43,909 nucleotides of DNA from Bdellovibrionales bacterium (GTDB taxonomy: Bacteria; Bdellovibrionota; UBA1018; CAIMNF01): positions 1-43,909 of the forward strand of contig JBEIKL010000003.1 in assembly GCA_040379745.1 (NCBI GenBank), written 5' to 3'. Both the position numbers and the translations under genes were made by a program. This document shows positions 37,879 to 43,909 of the stretch, one piece after another. The notes under the pieces are model-generated. The model was not told where the DNA came from. It ran no database searches and saw nothing but the letters and a program-made list of their open reading frames with translations. Each line of letters starts with the position of its first letter. The first letter of the stretch is position 1.

Positions 37879-39714
37879 ATGCGTTTTCTTTTCCGTCCGA
37901 CCACCCTGCTTCTTCTGTTTGTCAGCGCCACCACCCTTTTCGCTCTCAGCGCATGCAAGGATCACGAACAACCGGTTCGCCTTTCTTTCGTACTGACGAA
38001 CGACATTCACGGACAATTGGAACCGCTTCTGAACCGCGAAGGTAAAAAAACGGGTGGCATGGCCTATCTTGCCTCGATCGTGGATTCGATCCGCCGACAA
38101 CCCGAATTCGCTTCGGACCGTTCCGCATTGTTCGTTCTCGATTCGGGAGATCAGTTCCAAGGCACCCTCACCAGTAACTTCAATGAAGGGCGTGCGGTGT
38201 TCGATGCGATGAACGCAATCGGTTACGATGCGGTCGTTCCCGGCAATCATGATTATGATTTCGGCCCCATGGGCTGGCTCTATGACAAAGTAACCGACGG
38301 AAAAACATCGGCAAACAAGCGTGAGGTGATTGAATCACTCGCCCAGCGCGCTCGATTCCCCCTGCTCTCGGCCAACACTTACCTGCGAAACAGCATCCGT
38401 TTCAACGGAACACAGGCTTCACCGACAGTCGATTCAAAGTGCCGCCTTTCCAACGCGAATTCCGATCAGGCGCTGGATTTCGTAAATGCGAGCCGTCCCG
38501 AATTCCTGCGCACGCATGTGATCGTGAAAAAAGCCGGGGTACGCGTGGCATTGATCGGCCTCGACAATACCGGAACCGGCACCACCACCACCGTGGAGAA
38601 TGTCGACGATCTTTGTTTCCGTGACGAAGTGGAAACCTATCTTGAAATCCGTCGTGAACTCGAAGGAAAAGCCGATGTGTTCGTGCTGATGATGCATAAC
38701 GGGAACAGTGACAACAGCAAGGAAGCATCCGAACTCGTGCGCAAGATCAACGCCACAGTGAAAAACGGCGTTCATCTCGCGGCAGCAGGACACACTCATT
38801 TCGTTCACGATGACGTGGTGGACGGCGTGCGCGTTCTTCAAAACGGAGACAAAACAAAATTCTTTGGACGCGCGGATCTCGTCTTCAATCCGCTCACCGG
38901 CACGGTCATGGCCGAACTCACGAAGAGCAAGGCCGGTATCGCCACTCTTCACGATGCGTGCGCCCCGGACGCGGGTGTCTACTGTGCGGAATATTCCGTT
39001 CCCCTTTCGCCCCTGAAGAACGTCGAAGAAATCGTGAGCCAGGCAAGCGCGGAAGTGGCCGGTCTAGCCAAGCGCACTCTTGGCAAGGCGAGCGAACGCA
39101 TCACCCGGAATCGAATTGGTGAAAGCGCGATGGGAAATTTCCTGTCCGATGCCCTGCGAACCGCTGCCGGAACCGAAATCGCGTTCATGAATGCAGGCGG
39201 GATCCGGAGCGATCTCGCCCCGGGCGAGATCCTCTATGAGAACCTTTTTGAAGTCCTGCCCTTCTCGAATTCCGCGGTCAAAGCGAATGCGGCGAAGTGG
39301 TCCACCATCCGCAAAGTCCTTTCAAAGTCTGTCCAAACCTGTGGTCGCTTCGGTACGCTGGCCTTCAGTGGCCTTCGCATCCTGTTCTCGCGAAAATGCA
39401 CAAGCGCTATCGATGTGGATCCGAATGCCCGTCTTGAGCGCGTCGCCACTGTCGATGGACGCATTTTGCTCGATCGGGAAAATGGAATGGAAATCAGCCC
39501 TGATACGACTTTCTCCGTCGTCACCTTGGATTTCTTGGCAGCGGGCGGAGGCGGCTTTGCCGATCTCCGTGAACTGAACGTGTCTGAAACCCTGGGCATC
39601 TCCCGCGAACTGATTGCGAACTCACTGGAACTATCCAAGCAAACCCTCATGAACGCCACCGATGGGCGCATGACCAATGTGAACGCCGGTGAGAAAGCAA
39701 AAGAACGCGATTAA
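37879..39714 (+). CDS. 5'-nucleotidase/UDP-sugar hydrolase family lipoprotein
   Basis: Lipobox LSAC, TNDIHG, DSGD.FQG, GNHDYDFG, GHTH, N.GGIR, LPF.N, FLA.GG.GF. Confidence 0.9.
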   Translation: MRFLFRPTTLLLLFVSATTLFALSACKDHEQPVRLSFVLTNDIHGQLEPLLNREGKKTGGMAYLASIVDSIRRQPEFASDRSALFVLDSGDQFQGTLTSNFNEGRAVFDAMNAIGYDAVVPGNHDYDFGPMGWLYDKVTDGKTSANKREVIESLAQRARFPLLSANTYLRNSIRFNGTQASPTVDSKCRLSNANSDQALDFVNASRPEFLRTHVIVKKAGVRVALIGLDNTGTGTTTTVENVDDLCFRDEVETYLEIRRELEGKADVFVLMMHNGNSDNSKEASELVRKINATVKNGVHLAAAGHTHFVHDDVVDGVRVLQNGDKTKFFGRADLVFNPLTGTVMAELTKSKAGIATLHDACAPDAGVYCAEYSVPLSPLKNVEEIVSQASAEVAGLAKRTLGKASERITRNRIGESAMGNFLSDALRTAAGTEIAFMNAGGIRSDLAPGEILYENLFEVLPFSNSAVKANAAKWSTIRKVLSKSVQTCGRFGTLAFSGLRILFSRKCTSAIDVDPNARLERVATVDGRILLDRENGMEISPDTTFSVVTLDFLAAGGGGFADLRELNVSETLGISRELIANSLELSKQTLMNATDGRMTNVNAGEKAKERD

Positions 39715-39725
39715 TCGCATTCTCC

Positions 39726-39759
39726 AAAAAAAAGGGCCCGCCGGAATCCGGCGAGCCCC
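39726..39759 (-). terminator. Terminator between convergent nucleotidase and S8 protease genes
   Basis: GGGCCCGCCGG..CCGGCGAGCCC with A8 on the left (U-run on minus strand). Confidence 0.8.
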
Positions 39760-39782
39760 AATCGTTTTCATTTCTCTTCAGC

Positions 39783-41156
39783 TTAGAACAGCATCGGCAA
39801 CGGAAGAACGAAGGTGTTTTCCTCGTTTTTCACGCCCATGAACTGTTGGGATTGCACATCGTTGATTTGAACGCGTGCCGCTTCCAGCGCCTGATCCAGC
39901 TGTTGAGTCAATGCGAGTTTAGCCGCCATGATTGCACGGTCAGTGTTCACGATCCCGCTGGATACGACTTTCCCTTTCAGGAAGTCCTTCAAGTCAGCCG
40001 TCTGCATCAGGATCTTTTTCAGATCGCTGTTCGACAGGTTCGGGTTCGCATCGATCAAGAGACCGGCTACGTTCGCCACGAACGGCGACGCTTGAGATGT
40101 TCCACTCACAGTCAGATATTGCTGACCAGGGATCGCAGATTCGATTCCGACTCCCGGTGCAGCCACATCCACCATTTTTTCACCGTAGTTCGAGAAGCTG
40201 GCGATTTTCTGATAACCCAGCGTAGCCGCCACCGTGATGGTGTTCGTCATGCGCAGGTTCGCAGGAGAAGTCGGGAACACATCGTTGTTCATGCCGTCGT
40301 TACCCGCGGCAATCACAAACAAGGTGTCTTTCGCTCCGTTAGGCATCGCCTTGGAAGCATCGACCGCCTGATTCACGAAATATGCAGAGTAGAGATCGAG
40401 CTCTTCCTCTGTCGGTGCGCGACGGAGGGCCAATTTCAACAATGCCGGCATGATCATGGTTTTCACTGCGTGCGTACTGGTTCCGAAAGAACAGTTCGCC
40501 ACGCGAGCCTTACCCTTGCCCACATATTGACCGATGGTTCCGAGCAGTTTCGACTGCTGGGTTGCCAGGCCTTTCAACGCCATCTTGAGTACCGCATCGA
40601 TTTTGGAATCGACTTCGGTGATCTGCTCGGCAGAAGCGTTCACGGCTTTTGCGAACTGACGAGTGCGCTTCGGATTGATGCCCGGTTTGGTCGGGATCAT
40701 CTTCAACACCATGACTTCCGCCTGATCGGCATTCTTCGCAGCAATACCCGCAACGTGGGTACCGTGCACGAAGTTACCGAACACCTGAAGCTGGGAAATC
40801 AGCTCTTGGTTGTTACGCGCATTGGTCATCCATTCACGATCGGCATCGGTCGCTTCGCCCTTCATCATACGGGTCTGCACTTCGAAGAACTTGTAAACAT
40901 CCGCAGAGAAAGTACCCACCAGGGTCTTGTCATACAGCTTGTTGTTGTTCTCGGCGAAGTTCCAGCCGTTGACGTCGTCGATCAAACCGTTGTCATCGTT
41001 GTCTACCGCATCGTCGATGTCTTTCGAGTTGAACCATTTCTTGTTTTTCAGATCGTTGTGCGAAAGATCCGTACCGGAATCGATCACTGCGATCTTGGTG
41101 GCGTTTGCCACGCCTGTCATCACTGCCATCAAAAAGAGGATTCTGATCATGTTCAT
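39783..41156 (-). CDS. Secreted S8 subtilisin-family protease
   Basis: IAVIDSG, HGTHVAG, AAGN, SGTSQASP; DND.NG..DD..GWNF loop; signal peptide. Confidence 0.92.
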   Translation of the reverse strand: MNMIRILFLMAVMTGVANATKIAVIDSGTDLSHNDLKNKKWFNSKDIDDAVDNDDNGLIDDVNGWNFAENNNKLYDKTLVGTFSADVYKFFEVQTRMMKGEATDADREWMTNARNNQELISQLQVFGNFVHGTHVAGIAAKNADQAEVMVLKMIPTKPGINPKRTRQFAKAVNASAEQITEVDSKIDAVLKMALKGLATQQSKLLGTIGQYVGKGKARVANCSFGTSTHAVKTMIMPALLKLALRRAPTEEELDLYSAYFVNQAVDASKAMPNGAKDTLFVIAAGNDGMNNDVFPTSPANLRMTNTITVAATLGYQKIASFSNYGEKMVDVAAPGVGIESAIPGQQYLTVSGTSQASPFVANVAGLLIDANPNLSNSDLKKILMQTADLKDFLKGKVVSSGIVNTDRAIMAAKLALTQQLDQALEAARVQINDVQSQQFMGVKNEENTFVLPLPMLF

Positions 41157-41171
41157 TTCAATTTCCCCTTA

Positions 41172-41933
41172 TTAGAAACGGATGGCCGCGCTCAGTTCCT
41201 GAGCGGTGGTGTAACGGCGTTGGCTGTCGGTGATAGTGATGGATTTGTTCGTTTGTGCGAAAATCCAGTCGGACATCTGAGGAGCCACGTAACGCCCCAT
41301 TGCGAACTTCAGTTTCTCGGCTGCCGGTTGACAGACTTTCTTCATTTCCGGCTGTCCTGATTTTTGCGCGTAGTAATTGCACGCCAGAAGTGAACCGTAG
41401 AAAGTAACGATGTTCGCGAATGGAATGAAGTGCTTGCGGTACTCGATGCGGTTATCCACATCTTTGGTCTGCCAAGCGCCTTTCGGATGGAACACGACCG
41501 GAATCGCGAAGTTCAGGGTGCGGATGTCATCCACAACCGGAAGACTGTAGATCACGGTGCCGTATTTGTCGGCCATGGTCTTCAGGAACTCTTCGATTTT
41601 CGGAATGAGTGGAGAATGGTCGCCCAGGTCGCGCCAGCCCAGTGAATAGAATGCAACTTCGTCTTGTGCCCAGATCTCTTCGAGCTCGGAAGCCATGCCT
41701 TCGTCTTCGTATTCATTACGGATGTTGTCCGCCAAAACCCCAACGGCGTTGCCCATCGACTTCTGGGTCATTTCCGTGAAGTCCTTGTTTTGAAGTGCGG
41801 TGATGAACTGGTCGCGCACATCCAGTGCGGCCTTCAGAGCGATGAGTTCACCCTGATGGACATTTTCAGCTCTTGCAGGAGCAGCGAGTTGCAGTTGTGC
41901 GATTGCAAACAGTGATAGGATTAGTGTTTTCAT
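41172..41933 (-). CDS. Secreted hypothetical protein
   Basis: Signal peptide MKTLILSLFA...ARA; AAGGGGG RBS; 15 nt upstream of the protease gene. Confidence 0.8.
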   Translation of the reverse strand: MKTLILSLFAIAQLQLAAPARAENVHQGELIALKAALDVRDQFITALQNKDFTEMTQKSMGNAVGVLADNIRNEYEDEGMASELEEIWAQDEVAFYSLGWRDLGDHSPLIPKIEEFLKTMADKYGTVIYSLPVVDDIRTLNFAIPVVFHPKGAWQTKDVDNRIEYRKHFIPFANIVTFYGSLLACNYYAQKSGQPEMKKVCQPAAEKLKFAMGRYVAPQMSDWIFAQTNKSITITDSQRRYTTAQELSAAIRF

Positions 41934-41946
41934 ATTTTCCCCCTTA

Positions 41947-41968
41947 TTTTTGACATCATTGTCAAAAA
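41947..41968. promoter_or_regulatory. Inverted repeat (operator or leader hairpin)
   Basis: TTTTTGACA-TCAT-TGTCAAAAA adjacent to the RBS of 41933. Confidence 0.5.
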
Positions 41969-42020
41969 ATTATCCCTAAGAGGAAAAGTCTACTCGGCTT
42001 TGATCGGAAAAAAAGCGTTA

Positions 42021-42872
42021 TTAATTTGACGATCGGTTCTTCGAGCGACGCTGATAGCTGGCAACGTATTCACGATAGCGCTGCGGCGGTGTCTTCCCGA
42101 AGGCATCCTTCACGTCTTTCTTAGCTCCGCGCTCTAAGAGTTCACGAATAATCAACTCATGCCCGCTCTCAGCTGCGATTAAAAGCGGGGTTGCAAGGGT
42201 GTGCTTCGTTCTTTGATCAATGCGGGCCCCTTGCTCGATCAGGATTTTCAAAACACTCACCTGCCCGAAACGGGCCGCAAAATGCAGTGGACTCTCGCCT
42301 GTTGAGTTTACTGAATCCGTATGCGCACCGTGGCTGAGCAAAAGATTCACCAGTGAAACATTCCCATTCGAGGCGGCCTGATGGAGTGCGGTTCTTCCAT
42401 CTCCGATGTATGCCTTGTCTTTCCAGTCCACCTGATCCGCATTCCACTTCAGGTAATGGTCGATCATTTGAAGGTAGCGAGGCGTTTCCTTTTTTCCAGG
42501 CGTAGCCAAGGTGGTAAGGATCAACACCAGTGGGGTGCCCCACTGATCGCGACCATACTGGCGCGCATCTGCTCTCTCCCGCTTCAGTCCCGAGAGCAAA
42601 ACCTTGAACGATTTCACTGCTGCACTCACCGCCGCTTTTTCCAAGAGCGATTCCTTCACCCGGCTTTGGATTCTGGAATTTGCGGAATGACCGCGAGAAA
42701 GCCATTTCGCCACCTGATCGGCGCGATCCGCTTCGATGGCCCGAAGAATCGGATCATCGGTGCGGACGATGGCGGTCGATTCGTTTTCAATGATTTTTGT
42801 TGAACGAGTGATCACGGCAGACTGCGCGGACAAAGGCAGGGTCACCGAAGCGATGAGAAGCAACGCGATCAT
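42021..42872 (-). CDS. Ankyrin-repeat protein, probably exported
   Basis: GRTALHQAA..G, GESPLHFAA..G, TPLLIAA..G, GKTP; hydrophobic N-terminus; start tentative. Confidence 0.85.
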   Translation of the reverse strand: MIALLLIASVTLPLSAQSAVITRSTKIIENESTAIVRTDDPILRAIEADRADQVAKWLSRGHSANSRIQSRVKESLLEKAAVSAAVKSFKVLLSGLKRERADARQYGRDQWGTPLVLILTTLATPGKKETPRYLQMIDHYLKWNADQVDWKDKAYIGDGRTALHQAASNGNVSLVNLLLSHGAHTDSVNSTGESPLHFAARFGQVSVLKILIEQGARIDQRTKHTLATPLLIAAESGHELIIRELLERGAKKDVKDAFGKTPPQRYREYVASYQRRSKNRSSN

Positions 42873-43012
42873 GCGGTCCACTGAGCAAGCGGCGGGCCAG
42901 TTCGGCGGCATCACGCGCGGGGCTCAATTGGAATATGAATGAATCCACCGCAACAACAGCGATTTTTGGAATGATTTTCAGGTTGCCAGTGTTGAATCGT
43001 TTTACAGGTGAA

Positions 43013-43447
43013 CTATGGATTGACGATGACCGAGCCACCGATGCCGGTGTTCACATCCGTCAGAGCAAAAGTCCCGGTACGATTCATCACCATGGCGGCG
43101 ACTTTCAAAGTGGATGAGCCATCGAATTGCGGGGTCAGTCCGAAGGTCGCAATCGAGATTTGGTGCTGGGTGCTGACCGTGGTGAAATAGAAATACAGGA
43201 CGGTGTTGACCGAGACGGTGCAATTGAACGAACTGGACGTGGTGAAGACGCCCGTACCCTCGGCGCAACCGCAAATTCGTTGGATCCCCCCGTCGAGCAC
43301 CTGAAACTGGGCGGTACCGGTTTCGCACGTGGACGAGGTGCTGCCGGTGCTGATAGCGTTACAACCCATCAGAATCATGGAGAAAATCGTTACCATGACG
43401 ATCGGCATTCTAGCGGTTTTGGTGATGACGGATAGCACAGCGTCCAT
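43013..43447 (-). CDS. Hypothetical small lipoprotein
   Basis: Lipobox LMGC, Ser/Thr-rich tether, beta-rich domain with extra Cys; start uncertain. Confidence 0.65.
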   Translation of the reverse strand: MDAVLSVITKTARMPIVMVTIFSMILMGCNAISTGSTSSTCETGTAQFQVLDGGIQRICGCAEGTGVFTTSSSFNCTVSVNTVLYFYFTTVSTQHQISIATFGLTPQFDGSSTLKVAAMVMNRTGTFALTDVNTGIGGSVIVNP

Positions 43448-43533
43448 GGCATCACTTTCGCCCAGATTGCCCTCAAAATCAAATTGATAAAATCCGGCGT
43501 TTATCGTACAGTGTGGCTTCTATTCGTAGATGC

Positions 43534-43611
43534 GGACTCGTAGCTCAGTTGGATTAGAGCACTTGACTACGGATCAAGAGGTCATAGGTTCGAACCCTTT
43601 CGAGTCCGCCA
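43534..43611 (+). tRNA. tRNA-Arg(ACG)
   Basis: Acceptor GGACTCG/CGAGTCC, anticodon arm CTTGA-CT-ACG-GA-TCAAG, GGTTCGA, CCA. Confidence 0.96.
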
Positions 43612-43623
43612 TTTTAAAGTTTC

Positions 43624-43657
43624 AAAAGCCTGCCTTCTCCAGAAGGTGGGCTTTTTT
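43624..43657 (+). terminator. Intrinsic terminator after tRNA-Arg
   Basis: AAAAGCCTGCCTTCT-CC-AGAAGGTGGGCTTTTTT. Confidence 0.85.
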
Positions 43658-43756
43658 GTTTTTACGTTTTGAGATTCCGATTCAGGGCTTTCTAACCCAT
43701 ACCGTCCGTGAAACGATGGTTTTCACCGAAGCTACGAACTAACCCCTGCCACTCCT

Positions 43757-43909
43757 ATGAACGTCTACTACTCCGATCACTACACCCTCCCCCTTCCTCC
43801 CGGTCATCGTTTTCCGATCGAGAAATACCGGATGCTGCGGGATCTTCTCCTCGCCGAGGACATCATCCACCCCTCGCAACTGAAAGAAAGCCCGCTTACT
43901 CCACCCGAA
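43757..43909 (+). CDS. Histone deacetylase-family (Zn-dependent, class IV/HDAC11-like) protein, N-terminal part
   Basis: Manual translation MNVYYSDHYTLPLPPGHRFPIEKYRMLRDLL...; the LP.GHRFP..KY motif is typical of this family; truncated by window end. Confidence 0.8.
   Translation, partial: MNVYYSDHYTLPLPPGHRFPIEKYRMLRDLLLAEDIIHPSQLKESPLTPPE

Noticed and set aside
39846-41360. 504-aa plus-strand ORF
   Set aside because: Antisense shadow of the S8 protease gene; no motifs; typical of codon-biased genes
41452-41460. Perfect DnaA box TTATCCACA
   Set aside because: Single copy inside a coding sequence; expected by chance
43534-43700. tRNA-Arg as an integration site
   Set aside because: No integrase or duplicated tRNA 3' end in the window

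Overview
Core chromosomal region of a probable Bdellovibrionota-type bacterium (inferred from two short 277-aa flagellins, a Bd0055-like bacterial histone and many secreted proteins/lipoproteins). It starts with the thrU-tyrU-glyT-thrT-tuf cluster and carries meaB, a minimal RecQ-like helicase, envelope glycosyltransferases, pyrB-pyrC-carA, lepA, an rlmD-like/TPR/rodZ-like block, lptF-like, a WcaJ-like transferase, pepA, asnS, trmL, two fliC genes, lolA, smc, a GAF-GGDEF cyclase, a 5'-nucleotidase, an S8 protease, tRNA-Arg and the start of an HDAC-family gene. No mobile element or CRISPR array was seen. Best candidate for an undescribed system: two similarly built minus-strand RNA elements (hairpin with a double C-tract loop, then an intrinsic terminator), one directly upstream of smc and one, with a clear sigma54 promoter and enhancer-like palindrome, directly upstream of the histone gene; several genes in the window have G-run leaders that could pair with these loops. 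Also notable: an AT-rich DnaA-box cluster between convergent genes (possible oriC or DnaA-titration site), a 14-bp repeat in the fliC leader, several apparently leaderless genes, and co-location of histone, SMC and an HDAC-family gene. All calls are by eye; no searches were run.
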